A stretch of DNA of 64,000 nt, taken from the NCBI GenBank assembly GCA_963810095.1, contig CAWEMM010000012.1, positions 690,496-754,495 of the forward strand, given 5' to 3'. Source of the DNA: an uncultured Chloroflexia bacterium. GTDB lineage: Bacteria; Chloroflexota; Anaerolineae; CG2-30-64-16. Position 1 is the stretch's first letter; each line of letters starts with the position of its first letter. Shown here in pieces: positions 10,712 through 23,608 of this stretch. A model generated the notes under the pieces. That model saw only the letters and a program-made list of their open reading frames with translations, was not told where the DNA came from and ran no database searches. A program made the translations under genes and the position numbers.

Positions 10712-11623
10712 CTACGACTCGTAATACACCCAGCGGCTCGACACGTAGAACTGCGACGATGGTCAGGCCGATGACGATGATGAAGAGCTCCCACGCCAGC
10801 GCGGAAGCGTAGCCCATGTTGAAGAACTGGAAACCGTTCCGGTAGATGTTGAGCACGACGAACAGCGTCGAGTTTTCCGGCCCGCCGTCGGTCATGATCA
10901 GCGCGGGGACGAACGTCTGGAACGAGTTGATGATCGCGATGATCATGTTGTAAAAGATCAGTGGCGTCATCAGCGGGACGGTGATCTTGAGGATCGAGGT
11001 GAACTTGCTCGCGCCGTCGATCTGCGCGGCTTCCTGCAGCTGGACCGGGATGTTGCCGAGGCCGGCGATAAAGATCACCATCTGGCGGCCGATCATCCAG
11101 AACGACATGAAAGATGAAGGCGGGCTTGGCCAGCTCGGGCTTGAGCAGCCACGGCTGTGCCGGGATGCCCACCCAGCCGAGGATGGTGTTCAGGATGCCG
11201 AAATCGGGGTGCAGCACCCGCTGCCACACGACGGCCGTCGCGACGACAGGGATGATGATGGGCAGGTAAAAGCCCGCCCGGTACATCGCCCGGAACTTGA
11301 GCGGCTGGGTCAGCGCCAGTGCCAGCGAGAAGGAGATGACAAGCTGGAACGGCACGGCAAAGAGGGTGTAAATCGCGCTGTTCACCAGCGCCTTGCGCGC
11401 CAGCTCGTCGGTGAACACCCGCGTGATATTCGCCAGCCCGGCGAACAGCCGGCGGCGAGAGCAGGTCCCATTTCTGAAACATCAGGTAAATGGAGTAGAG
11501 CATGGGAAATGCGACGAAGGCGAAAAAGCCGATCAAGAACGGCGCAGCAAACAGGTAGCCTTGCAGCCATTCGCGGCGCTGAAATGACGACACGCGGCGC
11601 CTGGGTTGCGTTACAGCGGCCAT
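10712..11623 (-). CDS. CUT1 sugar ABC permease (MalF-like); frameshifted
   Basis: YLFAAPFLIGF, LQEAAQIDGAS, TDGGPENST, MGYASALAW. Confidence 0.9.
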
Positions 11624-11641
11624 GCCGTACCTCCCGAAGCA

Positions 11642-11759
11642 GAATTGGACTCAGATTGAACTGATCTGACTGATTTGCCTGATCCTTCACCCTGGGCTGG
11701 CAGGGTAATCACGAACAAGATCAGGTGATCAGTCCGATCAGTCCAATCTGCGTTCTATT
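11642..11759. repeat. Intergenic CTGATC/GATCAG palindromic repeat, copy 2
   Basis: ggactcagattgaactgatctgactgat...gatcagtccgatcagtccaatctgcgttct. Confidence 0.65.
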
Positions 11760-11762
11760 GCA

Positions 11763-13179
11763 CTATGCGCCGAGCGCGGCGTTCAGCTTCTCGTCGACCT
11801 GCGGGAAGACCTCGGCCGGCTTGGCGCTGCCGTTGTTGATCTTGTCCCATGCGGTCGGCTTCACGACCTCGGACCACATCTTCGAGCGCGGCACGTTGGC
11901 GCTGACCACGTCGATCTGGCCTTCCTTGAACGCATCGAGGAACGCCTGGCCGTTCTCGATCTGGTACAGCTCCTTGGTGCGCGGCACCCACCAGCTTTGC
12001 GCCAGGTCGAGGTTCGACGGGATGCGGCCGGTGATGGTGGAGTACTGCTTGTTGCCTGCTTCGCTCACCAGGAACGCGGCGAACGCCCAGGCGGCCTCGG
12101 CCAGGTCGGTCTTCGGTGACCGCGACGCCTTCGCCCCAGCCGCGATGCGGCCGGCCCGAAACGTTGGGGGTCTTGGGCATGAGCACCACGTCGAAGGGCA
12201 CTTCCTTCTTCTGCTCGCGCAGCTTCGGGCTGTTGAGCTGGGGCAGGAACCACGGCCCTTCGTACTTCATGGCGCACTTGCCGGTGTTGATCGTGTTCGC
12301 GCCGGACGTGTCGGCCGGGCTCGGCGCGACCTTCCAGGTGTGGGGCATGTCGTAGGAGGTCGTGGTGATGCGGTCCACGATCTCGGGCTGGTTGAACATG
12401 GCCTTCTTCGGGTCGATGATCGTGTCGAACTCGCGCTTGCCCGTGCCGACGATCCAGCCGATGTCGCGGTACCAGTTGCCGTTGACCTGGTAGCCGAACA
12501 GGCCCTTGCCCGCGTCGGTCAGCTTCTTGGCCGTCTCGACGAACTCGTCGAACGTCCAGTCGGTCTTCGGGTAGGCCACGCCGGCGTCGTCGAAGATCTT
12601 CTTGGCGTAGAACATGATCATCGTCGCGGCCTGCAGCGGGATGAGGAAGGTCTTGCCGTTGCGCTTCGTGCTCTGCTCGACGCTGGTGTAGCCCGAGGGG
12701 TAGACGTTGGTCACCTTGTCGCGGGTGATCCAGTCGTCGACCGGCTGGAGCAGGCCCTTGTCCGCATAGGCTTGCCACTCCCAGCCCTGGAAGGAGGCCA
12801 GGTTGGGCGGCGTGCCGCCGGCGAACATGGTCTGCAGCTTGGTGTAGTAGTTGGCGTTAGGGTCGGCAACCGGCGTGATGTTCACCACGTTCCCGGTCAG
12901 CTTGGTGTACTCGGGCCCCAGCACTTCCCAGGCCGGGACCGTCGGTCGTGTCGCCCCAGGCGAGGAACTCGATCGGGGCGAGCGCTGCCCTTCGCCGCAG
13001 GTGCGGCAGTCGGGGCGGCTGCGGCCGGCGCGGTGGTCGCCGCGGGCGCAGCCGTGGGGGCGCTGCGGCCGGTGCGTGGCCTGCTGGCCGCCGCATGCGG
13101 AGAGCAATGCGGCCGCCGCCAGGCCCCCGCCGCCCAGCTTCAGGAACTCGCGGCGGGACAACTTGGTCTGCTTGGACAT
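11763..13179 (-). CDS. ABC sugar-binding lipoprotein with Tat signal, probable SQ/SQ-glycerol binding; frameshifted
   Basis: SRREFLK twin-arginine motif, LSAC lipobox, KLQTMFAGG, FDDAGVAYP..DWTFDEF. Confidence 0.85.
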
Positions 13180-13253
13180 GTGCCTTTCCCTCCCTGGGTG
13201 GTGTTGAGATCGCGTCGTGGGGCCCGTGCGCAGCACGCCGCCTCATGACAGGA

Positions 13254-13304
13254 GTTGACTTACGACAGGCGTTGACCTACGACAGCTGTTGACTTACGAC
13301 AGGC
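13254..13304. repeat. Three tandem 17-bp repeats
   Basis: gttgacttacgacaggc / gttgacctacgacagct / gttgacttacgacaggc. Confidence 0.9.
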
Positions 13305-14647
13305 GCAGCACGGGCAGGTCGAGCAGCCGCGCCAGCGCCAGCAGGGCGTCCAGGTGGTCGCCGTAGGTCAGGGAGATGTGGTGGTCCAGCCCTTCGGTCA
13401 TGATGGTGTCGAAGCACCTCTTGGGCCGGGCGGTCGAACCGGATGCACGCCGGACGTGCCCGTGTAGCTCATCGGCGCGTGCTGCATTTCGCCCGCCGCC
13501 ACGACCAGCCGGTACTCGCCCGTGGCCTGGCTCAGGCGGGCGAGGGTGACGCGGCCCGGCTTCAGCGGGAACTCCATCAGGAGCGGCTTCTTGCGGTTCG
13601 AGTGGACCGTCGTGCGGGGCCGCAAGTCGGGATCGGCCATCGAGAGCGGCGCGAGCCCGCAGTGCCACAGCACCGCCTCGTCCCGCTCCAGGTCCCAGCC
13701 GACCATGTCGGTCCCAAAGGCGGGCTCGCCGCTCAAACCCTGGAGAATCAGCCCCGTGACCGTGCCGTTCACGTCGGCCTCGCACGAGCACGGCGTCATC
13801 TCGTCGGTCAGCAGCGACATCGCGCCGCACGCGGCGCCGCCCAGCTCGGTGAAGAACTCGGGCCAGCAGCGCACCGCCAGGCCCCGAAAAGGCGTTTTCG
13901 TCGGCCAGCCGCCCCAGCGTGACGTACGCGCCGAGCGTGTTGCGCAGCGGCTCCTGCTCCAGCTCGTCCAGGCCGTCCACCCGCTCGCTGCAGGTTCGCC
14001 AGCACCGGGTCTACCGCGCTGACCGCCGCGCTCCGGGCGCCGTCGAACACTTCGGCCAGCCCGCGCTGCACCACCTGCACGCCCAGCCGGGCCGCCAGCG
14101 CATCGCCGTCATACGTGCACGGCTCGAAGCCGTCCGGGTTGAGCCCGAACCGCCCGATCCGGGCGCTCTTGAGGCGTGCGCCGCACCCGGCCCGCTTGTG
14201 CCAGCGTGAGCAGCTTCTGCATCGCCTGCGCGGTCTTCCGGCTCGGCGTAGACGTACTCATAGCTGAACCCGGCCCGGCGCAGCGCGTGCGCCGCCAGGT
14301 TGATGCCGCAGAACGAGTTCAGCCGCAGCCGGCCCCCGGTGCGCTCTTCGGGCAGCGCCCACAGCAGCAGTGGCGCGCCGGGCACGGTGCGGGCCAGGTC
14401 GACGACCATGGTGCTGTCGGCGAACGAGGCCTGGAACGCGAGCAGCAGGTCGACCGGCTCGGACAGCAGCTCGGCCGGCCGCCGCCCGCACGCCGTCCAG
14501 GTCCATCACGAGGTCGGCCGGACCGTGCACCACGCAGCCGGCCTCGTCGAGCCGGGCGCGCATGCGGGCCATCATTTCGGCCGCCAGGGGGACGTCGAAG
14601 GTGGGACGGGCAATCGGAATGAAGCCGATGTGCAGCGTTGGTTTCAC
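13294..14647 (-). CDS. L-fucose-isomerase-fold protein, probable sulfoquinovose isomerase (SqvD/SftI type); multiple frameshifts
   Basis: [51 protein letters not shown]; SQ-cluster context. Confidence 0.7.
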
Positions 14648-15995
14648 GGTTGGGTTCCTTGTCGGTAGAAGAATGCGTCGAGGGCGAGCGCGGCCGCACC
14701 GATGACGCCCACCTTGCGGCCAAACGCCGTGGTGGAGAGGGTCACCCGCTCGCCCAGGCCGGCGAACGAGCGCCGGCGCATGGTCTCTTCGATGCGGGGC
14801 AGCATCAGGTCGGCCCCGGCGGCGAACAGGCCGCCCAGGATGATCATGTCGGGGTTCACCAGGTTGACGAGGTTCGCCAGCGTCGTGCCCAGGTGGAAGG
14901 CCCGCTCGTCGAGCAGGGCGAGCGCGTCGCGGTCGCCCGCCGCGCCGCATCGAACACCGCATCGATGGCGCCACCGGGGCTGAGTGCGGCGTCGGCGGCA
15001 GCGCCTGGGCCAGGATCGAGCCGGGCGAGCGGCGCTGCGAGCACGGTGGCCTGCCGCACGATCTCCCCTTCGGACACCAACGTTTCGAGGCAGCCGGTGT
15101 TACCGCAGCGGCACGGCGCCCCGCCGGCAGGGATGACGGTCGTGTGCCCGATTTCGCCCGCGCCGTACTGCGTTCCCCGGTAGAACTCGCCGCCGATGAC
15201 GAAGCCCGCGCCCACGCCGACCCGGCTGTAGACGAACGCCAGCATGTTCACGTCGCGGCCCGCGCCGAACATGGACTCGGCCAGGGCCATCGCGCGCACG
15301 TTGTTGTCGACCATGACCGGGCGGCCGGTGATCTCGGTCAGGATGTCGCCGACCGGGCACGTTGCGCCAGCCGAGGCTCGGGCGCGAGCACGTTGACGCC
15401 GGTGTGCGGGTCGGTGAGGCCGGACGCACCGACGCCGATGCCGACCAGGCCGGTCGCGGCAGCCGCCCGACTCGTCGAGCGCGGCGTCGGCGATGTCTGC
15501 GGCCATGCGCAGCAGTTGCTCGGGCGACGACGCGCCGTCCTCGGGCTGGTGCAGCGATGCGGTAGGCCTGCAGCTCGCCAAACAGGTCGGTCACGCCCAC
15601 GTGGACCGTGTCGACGCCGATGTGGATGCCCACGGCGCAGCGTGCGTCGGGGATCAGGCGGACCAGGGTGGGGGGCGGCCGGCGCCCTTGCGCTCGACGT
15701 TCGAGCGCTCGACGGCCGTGCCTTCGACGTTCGAGCGCTCGAAGGGGAGCGCTCGCCTTCAGCAGGCTCCTTGCCCGCTTCCTCGACGATGCCCTGTTCC
15801 AGCAGTTGCGTGACGAGGTTGGTGATGGTCGTGGACGACAAGGCCGGTGAGGCGGGCCATGTCGACCCGGGAGATGGGGCCGCAGCGCAGCAGCGTCGAA
15901 AGGATCGCGTGCAGGTTATGTTCTTTGACGTCAGAAATCGACCGGCCCCGGGGGAGGACGGTGCTATTAAGGGCGAGGGGATGGTGGAGCTTCAT
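14644..15995 (-). CDS. ROK family transcriptional regulator; frameshifted
   Basis: HTH GPISRVDMARLTGL; DNNVRAMALAE, GEIGHTTV, CRCGNTGCLE, NPDMIILGG. Confidence 0.9.
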
Positions 15996-16020
15996 TGGTC
16001 GCGCCTGATCACCCGGGAGG

Positions 16021-16084
16021 AATTAATTAATCAAGAGTAGAAATAATATAACGTGAGTATAGGTCGTCGGCGGGCGTTTGTCAA
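16021..16084 (-). promoter_or_regulatory. Sigma70 promoter of the SQ operon with downstream AT-rich ROK-type operator candidate
   Basis: Minus strand TTGACA(16084-79)-17 bp-TATACT(16061-56), then ttatttctactcttgattaattaa. Confidence 0.7.
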
Positions 16085-16112
16085 GCCCTGAAAAATACGC
16101 CAGAGTGGCTAG

Positions 16113-16294
16113 CGAGTATCTAAGAGTGGGGGCAAGGTCAGCGGAGCATCCTGAGCGGAGCGGAGTGAAACGTAGCGCAGTCGAAGGATGCGGAGCGGCT
16201 TAGCGCTGGGAGGGCCGCATCCTTCGACTGCGGCACGCCAGCTGCGCTGGCGCCTCCGCTCAGGACGCTTTCGCCCCGGAAGTGGAACGCACCC
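16113..16294 (+). mobile_element. MITE-like repeat family A, copy 1 (left end degenerate)
   Basis: gtgggggcaaggtcagcggagcatcctgagcggag...tcgaagg...ccttcgactgcg...cgctcagg...gaacgcaccc. Confidence 0.8.
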
Positions 16295-16315
16295 AAAATG
16301 GAAAGAAAAGCGGGC

Positions 16316-17805
16316 TCACGGTCGGGAGGGAAAGGAGCGTGCGGCGCACGAGGGGGTGCGCCGCACGTTGACCGGGGGAGGCTCGACTGCGGGTGGCAGC
16401 GTCGCGCTACATCCCTGCGGTGGCGGCGCTGTCGGCGCGCTGCCCATGGAATGTGCGACCCACCAGGTCGAAGCCCTTTTGCGCCTGGGTGCCCAGGAAA
16501 GCGCCTGCCCTGCCGGCAAGCGGCCCGACGAACGCCGCCGCCTTACCGGCGCCATCTCCCACTGCTCCAGCAGCAGTGCTGGCGGCAGACCCGACGCTGC
16601 GAGCGGCCGAGCCTACTGCCCCGGCCACGTCGGGCAGCTTACCGGCTACCCGCCCCTTCAGGTCTGACTTGGTGAAAGGCGTGGTGAGTTGGCCGCGCAG
16701 CTCGTACTGGCCCGCGCCGGCCTCCGCGCCTGCGCCCACGCCGAGACGTGCGGCCGGCGCACGGACACTCGCGTCCACGCTTGCATGGCTCGGTCCGGCG
16801 GCCGGGTTGAGCGCGATGAAGGTCGACACCCGGACGCTGCCGTCGAACACCGTGTCCGGCTCGATGGCCGACGTGAGCTGGCCCTCGATCAGGACGCCGT
16901 CGCGGCTGAGCGTCAGCTCGCCCAGCACGCTCGCCAGCCTGTGCATCGACGCCGAGTTGAGCGGGCAGCAGGCCCGCGTCGACGACATAGCCCCCGCGCA
17001 GGGTCAGGCGGCTCTTGGCGATGTCCTTGTTGAACGTGCCCGAGAGGCCGTACTGCGTTCGCTCACGCAGCGGCAGCGTGTCGGGGACATAGGGCCCAAG
17101 CGGGGTGCTTTCGAGAATGCCGCCGAGCAGTGCAATCTGGTCGGTCAGCGACAGGGTCACCTGGCCGTCGAGGTAGGCGACCGGGTCCACGGTGTCGACC
17201 ACCAGTGTCAGGCGCTGGCCCGGCGTGAACGCCAGCGATGCGGGCTCGGAACTGCCCGGCGCGCGGCCGGCCACTGCCATGAAGCTGTTCGCATTGAAGA
17301 ACAGGTAGGGGCGGTCGGGCTGCAGCCGGCCGTCGGCAAGGGGGATGTTCTTGCCCAGGTCGAGCCCGACGCTGGCCCGGGCGGGCGTGACCACGTTGAC
17401 GTCGTTCAGCAGGCCGAACGTGGGAAACGGCATGTCGGCCGAACCGTTAAGCCGGCTGATCTTGCCGTCGGGAGCGACTTCAACCTGCAGCCGGGCATTG
17501 GTCAGCGTGAGCTGGCCGATGGGCAGCGAGAGGGTGAGGTCCTTCTGGGCGTCGAGCGTGGCTTGGGTCGCGCCGTCCGCCGTCGTCGTGAAAGGGAGTT
17601 GAGTCAGCGCGAGGTTCGCGCCGAGTTGGAGCAGGCCGAGCGGACCGGCTGCAGCACCTGTAATCTGGCACAAGCCGCCCGCACACTGCAGCGCGGGGGG
17701 CGGGGGTTGGGGCTGGGCGACCTCCGCAGCCGCCGGGCTCACCACGCCGGCGACCAGCGCGACGACGGAGAGCAGAACAAGACCGATCTTCCTGTGTGAC
17801 TTCAT
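16316..17805 (-). CDS. Secreted hypothetical protein (beta-rich, Ala/Gly-rich C-terminus); frameshifted
   Basis: Signal peptide MKSHRKIGLVLLSVVALVAGVVSPAAA; overlapping long ORFs. Confidence 0.6.
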
Positions 17806-18140
17806 GCGATTCCCTCCAGCATGAACGGGCCGGCGGGCGGGACCGGATGAATGAGAATGAAACCGGGTCCGCACGCGCGATAAGGACGCGCCCGAGCAGT
17901 CTCGCGGCGCTGATGAGTGTAGTCTATCCCGAATTTCGCTTAGCTACCTGAGAGAAATGCTGACACCGAGCCGATAGTCAGCGGACGAAGGCATTCTAGC
18001 GGCCGGCTGTGTTGGAACAGATTAAGAACGAGTATGGATCAAAGTAGGGCGGGCCGCACCTGGGGCCGCACTTTGCCCGCCCGGCGCACCCCTTGTAAAA
18101 TGGCTCTCCGAACCTCCATGCCAGACAGGAAGACGCGACC

Positions 18141-18575
18141 ATGAAATCGACCGCAGAAGTCATCATCGACCGGCCCCGGGAAAAGGTGCTCGAACTGATT
18201 ATGGCGCCCGGCAATTTCGCCATGTGGCAGCCGGGCGTCAAGACGTTCCAGCTGCTCAGCGGGCAGCAGGGTTATCCCGGCGCCAAGGCGAAGGTGGTCA
18301 TCGAGACGCACGGGATCAAGCTCGAGATGACCGAAACGATCGTCGAGCGCAAGCTGCCCGACGTGTACACGCTGCGCTATGATGGCAAGGGCGTGAAGAA
18401 CGTGGTGGAGAACCGGTTCTACGAGGCCGGGCCGGGGCAGACCCGCTGGGTGATGACCAACACGCTCGACGTGAGCCTGATGATGGCGATGGCCGCGCCG
18501 GTCATCCACGATATCGTGACGAAGCAGAACGCCGAGTCGATGCGACGCTTTAAGGCGTGGGCGGAGGAGGGGTAG
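18141..18575 (+). CDS. SRPBCC family protein
   Basis: EVIIDRPREKV, WQPG, typical length. Confidence 0.8.
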   Translation: MKSTAEVIIDRPREKVLELIMAPGNFAMWQPGVKTFQLLSGQQGYPGAKAKVVIETHGIKLEMTETIVERKLPDVYTLRYDGKGVKNVVENRFYEAGPGQTRWVMTNTLDVSLMMAMAAPVIHDIVTKQNAESMRRFKAWAEEG

Positions 18576-18753
18576 GCGGAGGGGTAGGGAGGACTGGGGG
18601 GGCGCCGGAGAAGAGCGAGCCTCGAAGATTGTATCACACCGGCTGCTGCCTTGCGCCAGCCAACTCAATCGCGCGCCCTGTCCCCTGCCGCGTGGTATAC
18701 TTGGGGCGTCACCCGGGCCTTTCTTCGGGATCGATCTCCACAAGGAGCTCCAA

Positions 18754-19755
18754 TTGCCTGACGCACTTCACGCGCGACATCTGACACGTAAGGAACTGCT
18801 CAGGAGCGCCGGAGCGCTGGCCGTTGGGTCCTGGCTGGCGGCATGCGCGGGGGAGACCCCGGCCCCATCGCCAACCGGCGCGCCGGAGCCCGCTCCCGTC
18901 GCACAGGTTTCCACAACCCCAACGGGCGGAGCAACCATGCAGCCATGCGACAAGACCCTCAACATCGCGCATCGCGGCGCGCTGGCTCGCGCCCGAGAAC
19001 ACGCTTGCCGCGGCCCGCAAGGCTCTGGCGATCGGCGCGGACATGTGGGAGCTGGATGTGGCGATGTCGGGCGACGGGGAACTGTTCGTGGTACACGACG
19101 ATACGTTGGAGCGGACCTCGAACGCAGCTCAGGTCTTCCCCCAGCGCCGCCCGTGGTCGAACCACACCTTCACCCTGGCCGAGATCCGCAGCCTGGATTT
19201 TGGTTCCTGGTTCGTCGAGCAAGACCCGTTTAAGCAGATCCAGTCCGGGCAAGTGAGCGCTGCGGAACAAGCGGCCTACCGGGGTGAGCGCGCGCCACGC
19301 TGCGCGAGGCGCTGGTCTTTACGCGCGAGAACAACTGGCGGGTCAACGTGGAGCTGAAGGACCTGAGCGGCCTGCCGGGCGATGCCACGGTCGTTGAACG
19401 GACCGTGGAGCTGATTCGGGAATTGGGTATGGTCGAGCGGGTGCTGATTTCATCCTTCAATCACAGCTACCTGCCGCGCGTGAAGGTCGCCGACCCGCGC
19501 ATTGCCACAGGCGCGCTCGTCACCGATGCCGACCCCGACCCCCTGGCCCTGGTGCGCCGGCTGGGCAGCCAGGCGTACAATCCCCGCGTCACCGCGATCC
19601 GGCCCGACGCGATCCCCGCGCTGCGCGACGGCGGGTGCGATGTGTACATCTGGACGGTGAACGATGAGGCGATCATGCGCGGCCTGGTTGCCGCCCGGGC
19701 GAGCGGCATCTTCACCGATTTTCCACAGGTGCTGAAGCCCATCGTCGCGTGCTGA
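18754..19755 (+). CDS. Glycerophosphodiester phosphodiesterase lipoprotein; frameshifted
   Basis: IAHRG, APENTLAA, WELDV, HDDTLERTSN, ISSFNH, WTVND, IFTDFP; LAAC lipobox. Confidence 0.9.
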
Positions 19756-20392
19756 ACGCGTCCGCTGGCCGCAGCATGGCATAGACCGTGACGTCGCTGC
19801 CCGGCATCCGGCCTTCCTCTGCCACGCCGAAGCCGTATTTCTGGTAGAAACCGACGTTGCGGGCGTAGTGCGTCTCCAGGTAAACCGGCATGCCTTCTCG
19901 GTCGGCACGTCCGAGCATGGGCCTGAGGAGAGCAGAGCCGATCCCCTGGCCCTGGCACTCAGGCTCCACCCCGATCGCGAACAAGTACCAGTGGCGGCCC
20001 GGCACGCAGCGCCTGTGCAGCGCGTCGGCGTACAGGTCATTGGCGATGTTCCCGATCAGCTCCCGGGGCCGCAGTCGAAAGAGCAATGCTCCCATGCCAG
20101 CAGCCAGCTCGCGGGGCAAGCTCTTGTGTGTTGCGCCCGGCGGCAGCCAGCACGCCACCCCGGCGAATCCGGGCGCAGCCCACGCCTCGCCGTGGCGGAT
20201 GGAGTAGCGGCACGCGGCGGACCAGGTGTGATACTGGGCTTCGTCCCGGCGTCGCTCGTTGGGGAATAGGAATGTGATGGCGGGGTAGTCGTGGAAGGCG
20301 CGCGCCAGCAGCCGGCCCGCCTCACCGGCCTGCTTCCACGTCAACCGCACAAGGGGGGTGTTCTCGCCGGCAGTGCTCGCTGTCGTAAACAT
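19712..20392 (-). CDS. GNAT N-acetyltransferase
   Basis: WYLFAIGVEPECQGQGIGSALL, YLET, NVGFYQKYGF. Confidence 0.85.
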   Translation of the reverse strand: MFTTASTAGENTPLVRLTWKQAGEAGRLLARAFHDYPAITFLFPNERRRDEAQYHTWSAACRYSIRHGEAWAAPGFAGVACWLPPGATHKSLPRELAAGMGALLFRLRPRELIGNIANDLYADALHRRCVPGRHWYLFAIGVEPECQGQGIGSALLRPMLGRADREGMPVYLETHYARNVGFYQKYGFGVAEEGRMPGSDVTVYAMLRPADAFSTRRWASAPVENR

Positions 20393-20588
20393 GTGGCAGC
20401 CTCCCTCAGCGTGCTGCGCGGAGTGACTCCGGGACGAATCTGAGTTTCGGGGCTTAACACTCCATCCAGCCGGCTCCGATCTCAGGCCGCTTGTTCTTCC
20501 AACTCGATCAAATCATATGGCGTGCTCTGCACCCCGATCCTGTTCTCCGCAAGCAGTCGCACGAGTTGGCGAGTTGAAGACGTCGCCC

Positions 20589-22127
<1,539 letters not shown>

Positions 22128-22128
<1 letters not shown>

Positions 22129-22727
22129 TAGTCCTTATTAAACGCGTTGGGCAATGCATCCGGATGCAGTTGGTCGGCGCTCCAGCGCGCTGGGTTACCC
22201 TGGATGTACTCCTCAATGCGGCGCAGCTCGCTCTCGTTGCGAATCACGTGCTCCCAGTAGTTGCGCTGCCAGAACCTCGCGCCCGGCATTTCGCGCAGCA
22301 GATTGACGGCCTTGGTCGTTTGGTATTTGTAGTATGCCACGATTTGACCCAACGTGGGCTGTAGGGGCGGGGTCTCCCCGCCCGGAGGGCCTGCGAGCGC
22401 GCATGGGAGCCTGGGCGGGGAGACCCCGCCCCTACAGGTGTTGGCGCAGGATGGGTTGTCGAGGATCACGATGTTCGCGTGGGTGTGATTGGGCATGACG
22501 ACGAATGTCGTGACGGCGACGTTCGGGAAACGGGCTGGGATCTGTGCCCAGTATTGAGACGCAATTTCGCCGCAGGCGTTGGGGATCATGACCCCGCAGT
22601 CGATGTTACCCAATGTGCATTCACGTTGGTGTGTACAGACGGTAACGAAATAGACGCCCGGCTGCGCATAATCGAACTGCGGTATGCGGATTGACCGGCG
22701 GTGCTGGGTGTCAGGGTCGTATGTCAT
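22128..22727 (-). CDS. rayT: REP-associated tyrosine transposase (RAYT, Y1 HUH)
   Basis: HRRSIR..FDY, YFVTVCT, VVMPNHTH, FWQRNYWEHVIRN, YIQGNP. Confidence 0.9.
22359..22437. repeat. REPIN: inverted GTAG-type REP pair inside the RAYT gene
   Basis: ctgtaggggcggggtctccccgccc (22359-22383) and its exact reverse complement (22413-22437). Confidence 0.9.
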
Positions 22728-22776
22728 CGGCAGTGGGGGCGCGGCGGCGTGAGCCGGTGGGTTGGGTAGGCATAGA

Positions 22777-23115
22777 TCAGTCTTCCGGCGCGTACTGAGC
22801 GCGGTCTTCGTGCAGCGCCGTCGCCTGATTCTCTTCCTGAAGCGGCACGAGGCGAACTTCGAGACGCGCCCCCAGGGCCTCCGCAACCTTGCGCAAGAAG
22901 GAGAGCGTCGGCGTCGAAGCGCCGCTCTCGAGGCGCGCGATGCCCGGCTGCTTCGTGCCCACCAGCTCGGCAAGCTGTTCTTGCGTTAGCCCCCGAAGGA
23001 TGCGCAGACGAGCAACCTGGTACGCCGGCTCCAGCTCGGCCAGTGCGGTCACGAATTGCGGGTCGCGCATCTGCTCGGCTTCCCATTCTTGCAGCGGCAG
23101 CAGCCTTCTCGACAT
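22777..23115 (-). CDS. HigA-like XRE HTH antitoxin
   Basis: RILRGLTQEQLAELVGTKQPGIARLESG..PTLSFLRKVAEALG. Confidence 0.85.
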   Translation of the reverse strand: MSRRLLPLQEWEAEQMRDPQFVTALAELEPAYQVARLRILRGLTQEQLAELVGTKQPGIARLESGASTPTLSFLRKVAEALGARLEVRLVPLQEENQATALHEDRAQYAPED

Positions 23116-23463
23116 CAGTCCTCCGTCAACTCCGCCATGCGTTTCTCGGCAGTGGCGATCTCCTCCGCCGGCGCCTTCCGTCCTTGCTTACGGTAGCCGT
23201 GCAACAACACGAAGGTCCGATCGACATGCGCGAAGTAGAAGATGCCGTTCGGACCCGGTCGCAGCTCCCAGAGCTTGGGATGCCCGCTGACCGGCCGTGC
23301 ATGGGGCATGCCGAGCAGAGTGCCAAACTCGCACAGGAGGCGGAACGCATTCTCGGCCTCCACCGCGTTCATGCGGCGGCAGCTTGCTCAGAAACTCGAC
23401 CAACGGGCTCCTGGCCCGCCGGTCGGTGTAGAACGCGATCCGCCATCGACGGTCGTCGGTCAA
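23115..23463 (-). CDS. RelE/HigB (Gp49-like) toxin; frameshifted
   Basis: WRIAFY..SPLVEFL, LGMPHARP, LWELR, FVLLHGYRKQ. Confidence 0.85.
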
Positions 23464-23475
23464 GGTGATGCACCT

Positions 23476-23504
23476 AATATAACGTCTTTGTTATACTAAG
23501 TCAA
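23476..23504 (-). promoter_or_regulatory. Sigma70 promoter of the TA operon with palindromic operator
   Basis: TTGACT-17 bp-TATATT on minus strand; inverted repeat tataac-N6-gttata at 23478-23495. Confidence 0.75.
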
Positions 23505-23608
23505 GACGCGCCACCAGGCGTTGACCACCGATTTGGAGTTCGTCGCGCAGGACGTCGGATTGCTTCCAGACCCTTTGTCCATGGCCGTAGGCTGGATGCG
23601 TCCTGCCC

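Noticed and set aside
9754-13179. ABC importer defective because the ATPase gene is missing
   Set aside because: CUT1 systems commonly share an unlinked MsmX/MalK-type ATPase
15693-15742. 30-bp-period duplication inside the ROK gene as a regulatory switch
   Set aside because: It falls in the linker after the HTH and its length is a multiple of three; most simply a neutral local duplication
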